NCBI GenBank assembly: GCA_044345935.1
Contig: JBIJAC010000001.1
Location: 1,986 to 65,985 of the forward strand
Source: Polynucleobacter sp.
GTDB taxonomy: Bacteria > Pseudomonadota > Gammaproteobacteria > Burkholderiales > Burkholderiaceae
Reading direction: 5' to 3'
DNA: 64,000 bases
Shown one piece after another: positions 45,875 to 55,732 of this stretch; position 1 is the first letter of the stretch, and each line of letters starts with the position of its first letter. A program made the translations under genes and the position numbers. The notes below the pieces were generated by a model. It was not told where the DNA came from and made no database searches. It saw nothing but the letters and a program-made list of their open reading frames with translations.

Positions 45875-46978
45875 ATGACTAGCCAGTATCAAACCCCAGC
45901 TTCTGAATTAGTGCAAACATCCCAATCGCCAAAAATACTATTGGTGAAGCTATCCTCGCTTGGCGATGTGTTGCACAACCTGCCGATCGTCTGGGATTTA
46001 CGTAAACGCTTACCTCATGCCCAAATCGATTGGATTGTGGAGGAGGGCTATGTGCATTTATTAGAGCCTCTCAAAACAACCGATACATTTAGAGGTATTG
46101 ATCGCATTATTCCAGTGGCATTTCGGCGTTGGAGAAAGAATGTCTTTTCCATTAAAACCTGGCGTGAGTTTTTTGCCATGCGTAAATTATTGCAAGCCAC
46201 CACCTACGATGTTGTTCTAGAGACGCAAGGCTTACTCAAGTCTGCTTTGGTGTGCGCGCTGGCAAAAAAATCACATAATGCAGTTGTTGCTGGCCTAGGT
46301 AATGCTACTGAGCACTCCGGCTATGAGCCCTTGGCCCGAATGTTTTATACCCAATCGGTGCATGTGCCTGTGAAGTGCCATGCGATTGATCGCTCGCGCT
46401 GGGTGATGTGCTCGGCGTTTGATTGGCCGCTGCTCAACCGAAATGACGAGCCCCCACGCTTTTACCCGCAAGCGTTTGCAGATCAACTGCCTCCACTGTT
46501 GTTTGAGGGTTTGAAGAAAGCGGATAAGGATTCGCCGGCGCCCTATGTGGTGTGCTTTCATTCGACGGCGAGGGCAGCAAAGCGCTGGCCTAGTGAAAAC
46601 TGGGTGGAACTGGGTAAAAGCTTATCCAGCCAAGGCTTTCAAGTTCTTTTTCCGTGGGGCAATCCTGAGGAAATGAAAATCAGCGCCCTCATGGCAAGCC
46701 AAGTGCCGGGCGCCATTGTGCCCAGAGCTTTCTCGATTGAGGAGGCCTATCGTTTGGTGGCGCATGCTGCGCTGACCATCGGCGTGGATACGGGCTTAAC
46801 CCACTTGGCTGCGGTACTGGGCAAACCCACGATTGAGATTTACTGTGATTCCCCAAGATGGAAGACAGAAGGGTATTGGAGTGGCAATATCGCTAACTTG
46901 GGCGACTTTAGGAGCATTCCCCGGGCAGATGCAGTGTTGCAGGCCGCTGAGGCGCTTTTAAAAGAGGGGTGCCATTAA
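45875..46978 (+). CDS. waaC: LPS heptosyltransferase I (GT9)
   Basis: LVKLSSLGDVLH, QGLLKSA, LFPWG and GVDTGLTHLAA. Confidence 0.85.
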   Translation: MTSQYQTPASELVQTSQSPKILLVKLSSLGDVLHNLPIVWDLRKRLPHAQIDWIVEEGYVHLLEPLKTTDTFRGIDRIIPVAFRRWRKNVFSIKTWREFFAMRKLLQATTYDVVLETQGLLKSALVCALAKKSHNAVVAGLGNATEHSGYEPLARMFYTQSVHVPVKCHAIDRSRWVMCSAFDWPLLNRNDEPPRFYPQAFADQLPPLLFEGLKKADKDSPAPYVVCFHSTARAAKRWPSENWVELGKSLSSQGFQVLFPWGNPEEMKISALMASQVPGAIVPRAFSIEEAYRLVAHAALTIGVDTGLTHLAAVLGKPTIEIYCDSPRWKTEGYWSGNIANLGDFRSIPRADAVLQAAEALLKEGCH

Positions 46979-47133
46979 AAAGCAGGCGCCATAGGATTTA
47001 TGGCATTAATGCATATAAATCAGTTGCTTAAGCCCATCTTAAGGCCTGGATTGAATGGGAGCGTATTTGAATCTTCAGATAAAATGCAATTTCCTTCTTT
47101 ATAGAAACTAATACAGTTTCGATCGCCCACTTC

Positions 47134-48636
47134 ATGAGTAGTAGAGCCAGATCCTCTTTAGTAACGCCAGTCATTCTTTGCGGTGGCTCTGGTACACGCC
47201 TTTGGCCCTTATCTCGCTCGGGCTTTCCGAAGCAGTTTTTGGTGCTTTCTGGCGACGGTTCTAATCAGAGCTTGTTTCAGCAGGCAATTACTCGCATTAA
47301 TGCCATTGGCAATGCGAAAATTGACTTAACTCCAACTTTAATTGTCACGAATGAAGAGCACCGCTTTTTGGCTTTGGATCAATTGCGGGAATTAAAGAGT
47401 ATTAAAGCAAGGCTATTGCTTGAGCCCGTAGGCCGTAATACGGCGCCAGCACTCAGCTTTGCAGCGCTACAGGCTCTAGATAATGGAATGGAAGATGTTG
47501 ATCCAATCCTGGTCATTACTCCGGCCGATCAAACGGTTCAAAATCAAGCAGCTTTTGTTCGGGCTTTGCAGGATTGCGTAGCGGTAGTTGCAGAGGACCA
47601 AAGCAAAAAGACCATTGCTATTTTGGGCATTACGCCAACTGCCCCTCAAACAGGCTACGGCTACATTCAGCGCGATAGCGCTAAAGGTAAACATAATGAA
47701 TTTACCGTGGCACAGTTTGTAGAAAAGCCCGACGCTAAAACAGCGCAGGTCTACTTGGTGGATGGCAATTACCTGTGGAATAGCGGTATGTTTGTGCTGC
47801 GTGCTAGCACTTGGCTGGCTGCCTTGGCACAGTATCGCCCTGACATTACCAAGGCTACTGAAGCTGCTTGGAACAATAAAACCATGGATCAATCGGGTGA
47901 AGTGACTTTTGTGCGACCCGATAAAGCACTCTTTACTGGAGTGCCAAGTGAATCGATTGACTATGCGGTTATTGAAAAGTGCACTGCGGGTACTTTTTCA
48001 GTAAAGATGGTGGAGCTTGATGCAGGCTGGAATGACCTGGGTGCTTGGGATGCAGTTTGGCAAGTGGGCAAACAAGACGCAAACGGGAACGTTACTTCGG
48101 GCGATACCTTACTCGCCAATACCAAAAACTCCTTAGTGCATGCCAGCAATCGTTTAGTGAGTGCAGTCGGGGTTGAGAATCTCATCATTGTTGAAACGGC
48201 TGATGCGGTTTTAGTGGCCGACAGAAAAAATAGCCAAGATGTGAAAAGTATTGTTAATCAACTTGAGCAGCAACGGCGAGAAGAAAAGAATTTACACCGC
48301 AAGGTTGCTCGCCCTTGGGGCTGGTACGATAGTGTGGACGAGGGTGAACGCTTTAAGGTAAAGCGCATTCAGGTTAAGCCGGGAGCAAGCCTGTCATTAC
48401 AAATGCACCACCACCGGGCAGAGCATTGGATTGTTGTGAAAGGGGTTGCCGAAATTACCAATGGCGATCAGGTCATTACGCTCACTGAAAACCAAAGCAC
48501 TTTCATCCCCCAGGAGCAAACTCATCGTTTGGCAAATCCTGGCAATACCCCGCTGGAAATCATTGAGGTGCAATCCGGCAGCTATCTGGGTGAAGATGAC
48601 ATTGTGCGTTTTGAAGATACCTACGGTAGAGAGTAA
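47134..48636 (+). CDS. manC: Mannose-1-phosphate guanylyltransferase / mannose-6-phosphate isomerase
   Basis: GGSGTRLWPLSR, EPVGRNTAPA, WNSGMF, RPWG and SLQMHHHRAEHW. Confidence 0.95.
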   Translation: MSSRARSSLVTPVILCGGSGTRLWPLSRSGFPKQFLVLSGDGSNQSLFQQAITRINAIGNAKIDLTPTLIVTNEEHRFLALDQLRELKSIKARLLLEPVGRNTAPALSFAALQALDNGMEDVDPILVITPADQTVQNQAAFVRALQDCVAVVAEDQSKKTIAILGITPTAPQTGYGYIQRDSAKGKHNEFTVAQFVEKPDAKTAQVYLVDGNYLWNSGMFVLRASTWLAALAQYRPDITKATEAAWNNKTMDQSGEVTFVRPDKALFTGVPSESIDYAVIEKCTAGTFSVKMVELDAGWNDLGAWDAVWQVGKQDANGNVTSGDTLLANTKNSLVHASNRLVSAVGVENLIIVETADAVLVADRKNSQDVKSIVNQLEQQRREEKNLHRKVARPWGWYDSVDEGERFKVKRIQVKPGASLSLQMHHHRAEHWIVVKGVAEITNGDQVITLTENQSTFIPQEQTHRLANPGNTPLEIIEVQSGSYLGEDDIVRFEDTYGRE

Positions 48637-48646
48637 AGATAAGTTT

Positions 48647-49600
48647 ATGAGCAAAAAAGTTGCCTTGATTTGTGGTGTAAGCGGCCAAGATGGCAGTTAT
48701 CTTGCACAACTTTTGCTTGAAAAGGGCTATAGCGTCTTTGGCACATCTCGGGATGTGCAGGGCTCTGGTTTTTTAAACTTGCGTCAGCTGGGCATTAAAG
48801 AGCAGGTTCAATACATCTCGATGGTGCCAGAAGACTTTCGTAGTGTTTTAGTAGCACTTCGTAAAAGTAAGCCCGATGAGATTTATTATCTGGCCGGCCA
48901 ATCTTCGGTGGGTCTCTCGTTTGAGCAGCCAGCCGAAACCATTCAAAGCATTGCCTTGGGTACGCTCAATATGCTCGAGGGTTGCCGCATGATGGAAAAA
49001 AAGATCAAGCTGTACCATGCTGGCTCGGGTGAGTGCTTTGGTGATACACAAGGTAAGCCTGCGAATGAACATACTCCATTTTTTCCGATGAGTCCCTATG
49101 CGGTTGCAAAAAGTTCAGCATATTGGCTAGTAAATAATTACCGCGATGCCTATGGTCTTTTTGCCTGCACGGGGATTTTGTTTAATCACGAGTCGCCACT
49201 GCGCCCTGAGCGCTTTGTTACGCAAAAGATTATTCGTGCTGCCAAACGAATTGCGCAGGGCAGTAATGAGAAACTCAAATTAGGGCGCTTGGATATTGCT
49301 CGGGATTGGGGCTGGGCCCCAGAATACGTAGACGCCATGTGGCGGATGTTGCAGCAAGATCAGGCCCAAGATTACGTGATTGCTACCGGAACCACCATGA
49401 GCTTAGAAGAGTTTGTGCAGGCTGCATTTGAGGAGGCTAGTCTGCATTGGCAAGACCATGTGGTTCAAGACTCCAGTTTATTCAGACCCACTGATTTGGC
49501 CATAGGCCGCGCCGATCCGAGTAAAGCAGAAAAGATGCTGCATTGGCAGGCATCTACCCGCGGGGTCGACGTCGTAAAAAAAATGTATCAATCCATTTAA
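48647..49600 (+). CDS. GDP-mannose 4,6-dehydratase-like extended SDR (divergent paralogue)
   Basis: GVSGQDGSYL, LAGQSSVGLSF, SPYAVAK, FNHESPLR and RDWGWA; ATG 48647. Confidence 0.8.
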   Translation: MSKKVALICGVSGQDGSYLAQLLLEKGYSVFGTSRDVQGSGFLNLRQLGIKEQVQYISMVPEDFRSVLVALRKSKPDEIYYLAGQSSVGLSFEQPAETIQSIALGTLNMLEGCRMMEKKIKLYHAGSGECFGDTQGKPANEHTPFFPMSPYAVAKSSAYWLVNNYRDAYGLFACTGILFNHESPLRPERFVTQKIIRAAKRIAQGSNEKLKLGRLDIARDWGWAPEYVDAMWRMLQQDQAQDYVIATGTTMSLEEFVQAAFEEASLHWQDHVVQDSSLFRPTDLAIGRADPSKAEKMLHWQASTRGVDVVKKMYQSI

Positions 49601-49627
49601 TTTCATTAATTAAAAAATAGCACCGAT

Positions 49628-50767
49628 ATGACTAGCAAACACAATGCCTCACAAAAAGTCGCCCTCATCACTGGCATTACCGGCCAGGATGGCTCTTACC
49701 TCGCCGAGTTCCTTTTGGAAAAAGGCTATATCGTGCACGGCATTAAACGCCGCGCTTCATCATTTAATACCAGTCGCATTGATCATATCTATGAGGATCC
49801 GCATACGCCGCACCCAGACTTGATTTTGCATTATGGTGATTTAACCGATACCAGTAACCTGGTGCGCATTATTCAGCAGACTCAGCCAGATGAAATCTAT
49901 AACCTAGGGGCCCAGTCGCACGTCGCTGTCTCGTTTGAATCGCCTGAGTACACGGCGGATGTGGATGCGATGGGCCCGCTTCGCATGTTAGAAGCTATCC
50001 GCATCTTGGGCCTGGAGAAAAAGACCCGCTTTTATCAAGCATCGACTTCTGAGCTCTATGGCCTGGTTCAAGAAATCCCCCAAAAAGAAACCACGCCTTT
50101 TTATCCTCGTAGCCCATATGCCGTAGCCAAGATGTATGCCTACTGGATTACCGTCAACTACCGTGAAGCCTATGGGATCTATGCGTGCAACGGCATCCTC
50201 TTTAACCATGAATCCAAGCGCCGCGGCGAAACCTTTGTTACGCGCAAGGTCACCCGTGGCCTGGCCAATATTGCCCAAGGCCTTGAGAAGTGCCTCTACA
50301 TGGGTAATATCGATGCCCTGCGGGATTGGGGTCATGCTAAAGACTATGTGCGTATGCAGTGGTTGATGCTACAACAAGAAAAACCAGAAGACTTTGTGAT
50401 TGCGACAGGTGTGCAGTTCACTGTTCGTGAATTTATCACCCGCAGCGCAGCGCAATTGGGCATTAGCTTGAAGTTTGAAGGTGCTGCCGAGTCTGAAAAA
50501 GCCAGTGTTACTGCCATTCATGGCGATAAAGCACCTGCCTTAAAAGTGGGTGATGTGATTTTGCAAATTGACCCCCGCTACTATCGTCCTACTGAAGTCG
50601 AAACCCTCTTGGGAGACCCAACCAAAGCCAAGGAAAGACTCGGCTGGGTACCGGAGATTACGCTCGATCAAATGATTGAAGAGATGGTGGCTAATGACCA
50701 TCAGGAAGCAAAGCAAGTTGCGCTCTTAAAACAAAATGGATACTCCGTGTCCGTATCGATCGAATAA
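49628..50767 (+). CDS. gmd: GDP-mannose 4,6-dehydratase
   Basis: [44 protein letters not shown] and RDWGHAKD. Confidence 0.97.
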   Translation: MTSKHNASQKVALITGITGQDGSYLAEFLLEKGYIVHGIKRRASSFNTSRIDHIYEDPHTPHPDLILHYGDLTDTSNLVRIIQQTQPDEIYNLGAQSHVAVSFESPEYTADVDAMGPLRMLEAIRILGLEKKTRFYQASTSELYGLVQEIPQKETTPFYPRSPYAVAKMYAYWITVNYREAYGIYACNGILFNHESKRRGETFVTRKVTRGLANIAQGLEKCLYMGNIDALRDWGHAKDYVRMQWLMLQQEKPEDFVIATGVQFTVREFITRSAAQLGISLKFEGAAESEKASVTAIHGDKAPALKVGDVILQIDPRYYRPTEVETLLGDPTKAKERLGWVPEITLDQMIEEMVANDHQEAKQVALLKQNGYSVSVSIE

Positions 50768-50793
50768 ATCTATTTAAAGAACTGACCTGCTAA

Positions 50794-51762
50794 GTGAGCG
50801 CTGAACTAAACCAAAAAATCTACGTTGCCGGCCACCGCGGTATGGTAGGCTCGGCCATCGTCCGTAATCTAGAGGCCAAAGGCTTTACGAACACTGTAAC
50901 CAGAACGCATACCGAGCTGGATCTCACCAATCAAGCTGCTGTGCAAGCTTTCTTTGAAGCAGAGAAGCCCGATCAAGTCTACCTAGCAGCAGCTAGGGTA
51001 GGCGGTATTTATGCCAACAATACCTTCCCAGCAGAGTTCATCTACGACAACCTGATGGTGCAAAACAATGTCATTCATCAGGCGTTTGTTAGTGGAGTGA
51101 AAAAACTACTTTTTTTGGGTTCAAGTTGCATTTACCCTAAGCTAGCCCCCCAGCCGATGAGTGAAGATGCATTGCTCACCGGTAAGTTAGAACCCACCAA
51201 TGAGCCGTATGCGATTGCCAAAATTGCGGGCATCAAGATGTGTGAGAGCTATAACCGCCAGTATGGCCAGTCCCATGGAATTGACTATCGCTCCGTCATG
51301 CCAACCAATCTCTATGGGCCGGGCGACAATTACCATCCTGAAAATAGTCATGTTATTCCAGCGCTTATAAGGCGATTTCATGAGGCAAAAATTAGTAAAG
51401 CGTCCGAAGTGGTGATATGGGGTTCAGGGACACCAAGACGTGAATTTTTATACGTAGATGATATGGCTACTGCGTCCGTCTTTGTGATGGAGTTAGACAA
51501 AAAAAAATACGATCAGCACACCGAGCCGATGCAAAGCCATATTAATGTCGGCTTTGGCAGTGATACCACGATAGCGGAGCTAGCAATTGCCGTTGGTGAG
51601 GCTGTTGGCTATCAAGGCCAGATTCGCTTTGATACCAGCAAGCCCGATGGCAGCCCTCGAAAGTGGATGGATTCGGGAAGATTAAATAATTTAGGATGGA
51701 AAGCAAAAATCGGGCTGGATGACGGGCTAAGGATGGCTTACGAGGATATGCTTTCAAGTTGA
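50794..51762 (+). CDS. fcl: GDP-L-fucose synthase
   Basis: [31 protein letters not shown] and NSHVIPAL. Confidence 0.95.
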   Translation: MSAELNQKIYVAGHRGMVGSAIVRNLEAKGFTNTVTRTHTELDLTNQAAVQAFFEAEKPDQVYLAAARVGGIYANNTFPAEFIYDNLMVQNNVIHQAFVSGVKKLLFLGSSCIYPKLAPQPMSEDALLTGKLEPTNEPYAIAKIAGIKMCESYNRQYGQSHGIDYRSVMPTNLYGPGDNYHPENSHVIPALIRRFHEAKISKASEVVIWGSGTPRREFLYVDDMATASVFVMELDKKKYDQHTEPMQSHINVGFGSDTTIAELAIAVGEAVGYQGQIRFDTSKPDGSPRKWMDSGRLNNLGWKAKIGLDDGLRMAYEDMLSS

Positions 51763-51875
51763 GGGAAAATCTTCCTCTAGAAGGTGGCTGAAACAACTTC
51801 ATTTGTGTAATGCAATATTAGAAAGCTAAATAACTACGGATATTACAAAGTGCTAAAATTTAAATAAAGACAAAT

Positions 51876-52778
51876 ATGAATCAAAATTCATCAGGACAGC
51901 TTGGTCTGCAAGATCAAATAAATGACTCAGAAATCTCTCTTCTGGATATCTTCATCTTTTTAAAGCGATCGTATAAATTAATTGCACTTATTGGCCTCCT
52001 TGGCATTGCAGCCTCAATCGGATACCTACTTATTACTCCAAAACAATACCAGGCGAATGCGCAAATTCAGATGGCGCAAATTGATGCTGCTATTAATAAC
52101 AACAAAAACAAAAACAAAAACAACGATAACATTAATCCCCTGGGCATCAATATTGAAGAACCAGCCCTTTTAATTGCTCGCTTTTCTTCCCCAACTAGCT
52201 ATACGGGTGAAATTGCTAAAGCATGTGGATTGAATCCAGCGAAAGATGCCCAAGCGATATTGTCAAAATCAGTGAAGTTGACTATTCCAAAAGGCGTAGC
52301 GAATGTGGTCGATCTGAAAATCATAGGTACATCACCTGAAGCCTCGATCGCATGTGCGCAAGCAGTCTTCGATTTGATTAAAGCTACTCAGGCTCAAATC
52401 ATTAAGCCTTATATCGAAGAGACAAAGGCAAGGCTACTTGATGATCAAGAGCGTCTTACTAAGTCAAAAGATTTTTTAGCGAAGGCGGATAAGTCAGGCA
52501 CAGCAATGAACGCGGCATACTTATCAACACGCGATGAGATTCGATTTCTCTTGGATGAGATTACCGCCCTGAAAAATATAGTGGTATCCAATGAAAGTAG
52601 GGCGACCCGTTTGCTTGCACCAATCTATGCAAGCGATGATCCAATTTCTCCTAAAAAGCTTGTTGTGCTTCTGGTAGGTTTATTTGGCGGACTTTTCTTG
52701 GGTCTCTTGATTGCGTTTGGACGTCAGCTTATCCCTAAAATCAAAGCACAACTCGAGAACAATACCGCATCGAAGTAG
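51876..52778 (+). CDS. Wzz-like polysaccharide chain-length determinant
   Basis: EISLLDIF N-terminus, TM1, coiled-coil region, PISPK plus Gly-rich TM2. Confidence 0.75.
   Translation: MNQNSSGQLGLQDQINDSEISLLDIFIFLKRSYKLIALIGLLGIAASIGYLLITPKQYQANAQIQMAQIDAAINNNKNKNKNNDNINPLGINIEEPALLIARFSSPTSYTGEIAKACGLNPAKDAQAILSKSVKLTIPKGVANVVDLKIIGTSPEASIACAQAVFDLIKATQAQIIKPYIEETKARLLDDQERLTKSKDFLAKADKSGTAMNAAYLSTRDEIRFLLDEITALKNIVVSNESRATRLLAPIYASDDPISPKKLVVLLVGLFGGLFLGLLIAFGRQLIPKIKAQLENNTASK
52101..52121 (+). repeat. (AACAAA)n in-frame microsatellite in the wzz-like gene
   Basis: aacaaa aacaaa aacaaa aac encoding NKNKNKN. Confidence 0.75.
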
Positions 52779-52825
52779 TATGTATCGTGGCGGCGCTTTT
52801 TAACATCTGAGGCATGGCTCACCAG

Positions 52826-53863
52826 ATGCAAAAAACTATTCTAATCATTGGGATTGCACGAGATAGCGCATGACTGTATCGGACTTGTCCCACCTACCGC
52901 AGTGCATGACGTTGGGCATGCGGGACCCGTATGCCATTAAATCTTACGCTGCCCCCACCCTTAAAGATTGCCTAATGATCTTTGCTGCCAGATTAGGATC
53001 AAGACCAGCCTGATTTGCTAGGCGCCTGTAGATTCGGTTGATTTGGCTACCACCAAGGATGCTGTCGATTTTTTCACCTCAATCAATGCTCCGCAGGATA
53101 GGCCTCCTGCCGAGTTTAGTTAGGTTGATTACTTCTATCGCACACATTGTTTGGCCCCACAAGGCCAGCCACCGACCACTTGTTTCTTAAGCCGCCTTAC
53201 TCTTGCGCAGTAAGATGCTGTAACACTTTCAGACAGCATAGGGCGCAGACGCTGCATCATCAATTCGCAGGGGGACTAAATCACTACGACGGCAGAGCGT
53301 GTCGTAGGATAGTTGCAGGAAAGCCGCTTTCCGCAATCACCTAATAAGGTCACCCGCATTAGCCAAGAGCATGTTCAGTATATCCTGCCGAACACCATAG
53401 GTCTGATTGCGTATCTTTCCAAGAGAACAATTAATTCGCTTCATTGCGATCCGTGCCCCTAGATCCTTAGTGAAATCGGCACGCGATATAAAAGATGTGC
53501 CACAGAGATCGCCATCGCTGCCCGCCGAATACTGGCGGGGGTTGCTAATATGACGAATAAAGTCGGCAGCCATTACTGAATTTGTGGGCAAAGCGGATTA
53601 ATTGTTTAAATCACAGAAGACAATAAATACAGCAAAGTCCGCAAAAAAGCCCGCATGATAACTGGCCCATAAACCCCTTCAATTCAATCAATGGCGCTAT
53701 GCAGCATTTGAGCGTACTAGACCTAATCGAAAGGACTATGTAGTACAAGATAAAAAACTATTGCGTTCGACTGATGCAATAGTCAGCTCTAGTGACCCAA
53801 AACATTAAAAAAATGGGCTGGAGAGCTACAATTAAAGGCGTAGATTTTGATAAAAAAATATAA
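52826..53863 (+). pseudogene. Heavily decayed Gmd-like NDP-sugar dehydratase gene
   Basis: Collinear broken fragments resembling the 48647-49600 protein: MQKTILIIGI, FPQSPNKVT, IAIAARRILAG, AAFERTRPNRKDYVVQDKKLLRSTD...DP and [17 protein letters not shown]. Confidence 0.65.
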
Positions 53864-53895
53864 AAATCAATAGAATAAAAAAAATTAAAGGTAAT

Positions 53896-54084
53896 ATGAA
53901 TGCAAAAAAGACCCTTATTACGGTCATCACAGATCAAGATGGCTCTTATCTTGCTGAGTTTTTATTAGAAAAAGGCCGCATAATTCGTGGTGATAGGCGT
54001 CGCACTTCTTTGGGGCGGGAACCTTTCGTTGATTTAAAAAGTGGCCTAGTTAAGGCCTACAAGAGTTTTTTAATGACTCCGTGA
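53896..54084 (+). pseudogene. gmd::fcl deletion-fusion remnant
   Basis: The N-terminal part [24 protein letters not shown] matches Gmd; the C-terminal part [21 protein letters not shown] resembles the Fcl C-terminus. Confidence 0.75.
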
Positions 54085-54101
54085 GCTTACTTGCTATAAA
54101 C

Positions 54102-54866
54102 ATGAAAATTTCAATAATTACTGCCGTTTATAATCGAGAATCATCAATTGAAAAGGCTATTAGAAGCCTGCAGTATCAAACCTTTAATAACTATGAGCAC
54201 ATTATTATTGATGGAAATTCAGCTGATGGCACCCTCTCTATAATTAATAGACTTAAGTCAGTGCAAACTATAGTTCTAAGCGAAAAAGATTCTGGGATAT
54301 ATGACGCTTTAAATAAGGGCCTCACAATGGCCACTGGAGACATTGTTGGATTTTTACATTCGGATGATATTTTTGCAGACTGTAATGTTTTGCAAGATAT
54401 AAATGAGGCTTTTAAAAATGAAAAAATTGATTGTGTATACGGCGATTTAGAGTATGTATCGCAAGTAAATCAAAATAAAGTAATTAGATACTGGAGTGCA
54501 GGTAATTTACCAGCATTTAAATTTAACTTTGGCTGGATTCCACCCCACCCAACATTATTTTTGCGTAGGAAATTGATAATTAAGTTAGGTGGATTTGATC
54601 AGCAATATCAGATATCTGCTGATTATGATGCTATGACAAGATATATTCATCTTGGGAATGCGACTACTTACTATTTGAATCGTGTCTTAGTGAAGATGAG
54701 CATGGGCGGTGAGAGCAACAAATCTTTTGAGCGACTGTGGAGAAAAAGTAGAGAAGATTTCTCTATAATTAGAAGGCACCGCTTGGGATTTATTTGGGGG
54801 CTAGATACGCTGGTATTTAAAAACATCCGAAAGTTATCCCAATTCATAACTGCAAAAAATAAATAA
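54102..54866 (+). CDS. GT2 glycosyltransferase (WcaE-like)
   Basis: ISIITAVYN, IIDGNSADGT, DSGIYDALNKG, FLHSDD and PPHPTLF. Confidence 0.85.
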   Translation: MKISIITAVYNRESSIEKAIRSLQYQTFNNYEHIIIDGNSADGTLSIINRLKSVQTIVLSEKDSGIYDALNKGLTMATGDIVGFLHSDDIFADCNVLQDINEAFKNEKIDCVYGDLEYVSQVNQNKVIRYWSAGNLPAFKFNFGWIPPHPTLFLRRKLIIKLGGFDQQYQISADYDAMTRYIHLGNATTYYLNRVLVKMSMGGESNKSFERLWRKSREDFSIIRRHRLGFIWGLDTLVFKNIRKLSQFITAKNK

Positions 54867-54868
54867 CA

Positions 54869-55723
54869 ATGAAAATTTTAATATTGGGCATTAGTGGAAT
54901 GTTGGGTAACACGCTTTTCCGTTATTTATCTTGCCATGATCAATTTACAGTTTTTGGATCTTTAAGGACCCCAAGTGTAAAAGCATACTTCCAACTTGAA
55001 CATCATAAAAATATTGTTTCGGGTGTAAATATTGATAATTTTGATAATTTAGTTAATTTATTTAATATTGTGAGGCCAAATATTGTAATTAATTGTATCG
55101 GTTTAATTAAGCAAGAAAAGGCTGCGGAAGATCCCTTGATTGCGTTGCCGATTAATAGCTTGTTGCCACATAAGTTAGTCCGTCTTTGTGGCTTATTAGA
55201 CGCTAGGTTAATTCATATGAGTACAGATTGCGTATTTTCTGGAATGGGTGGCTTGTATAAAGAGTCTGATATTCCCGACGCTAATGACTTATATGGAAGA
55301 TCTAAATACTTAGGGGAGGTTGATTATCCAAATGCGATTACCTTGCGTACATCAATAATTGGGCATGAGTTAAGCGATACAAAAAGTCTTGTCTGTTGGT
55401 TTTTATCTCAAGCCGGTACTGTGAATGGTTTTAGAAAGGCGATTTTTTCTGGCCTCCCTGCCATTGAAATTGCCAATGTGATAAAAAAGCACGTAATACC
55501 AAACCATTCATTGCGGGGAACTTATCATCTATCTGTTGATCCAATAAGTAAATATGATTTACTTAACTTAATTTCAAAGCAATATGAAAAAGAAATCAAT
55601 ATTGTTCCGGATGATAGTTACGCAATTGATCGGTCTTTAAATTCAGACAGATTTAGATCGGCCACTGGATTCAAGCCAAAACCCTGGCCTGAATTAGTTA
55701 AAGAAATGTACGAATTTAAGTGA
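54869..55723 (+). CDS. RmlD-like NDP-4-keto-6-deoxy-HexNAc reductase (QnlA/WbvR-like)
   Basis: GISGMLG, INCIGLIKQ, STDCVFSG, YGRSKYLGE and RTSIIG; 284 aa with no FnlB-type C-terminal extension. Confidence 0.7.
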   Translation: MKILILGISGMLGNTLFRYLSCHDQFTVFGSLRTPSVKAYFQLEHHKNIVSGVNIDNFDNLVNLFNIVRPNIVINCIGLIKQEKAAEDPLIALPINSLLPHKLVRLCGLLDARLIHMSTDCVFSGMGGLYKESDIPDANDLYGRSKYLGEVDYPNAITLRTSIIGHELSDTKSLVCWFLSQAGTVNGFRKAIFSGLPAIEIANVIKKHVIPNHSLRGTYHLSVDPISKYDLLNLISKQYEKEINIVPDDSYAIDRSLNSDRFRSATGFKPKPWPELVKEMYEFK

Positions 55724-55732
55724 AATAAAAAA

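Noticed and set aside
53337-53591. 84-aa minus-strand ORF with faint SDR/NYN-like words (ADFTKD, LLANAG)
   Set aside because: Better explained as the antisense of the decayed plus-strand Gmd-like gene; the similarity is too weak
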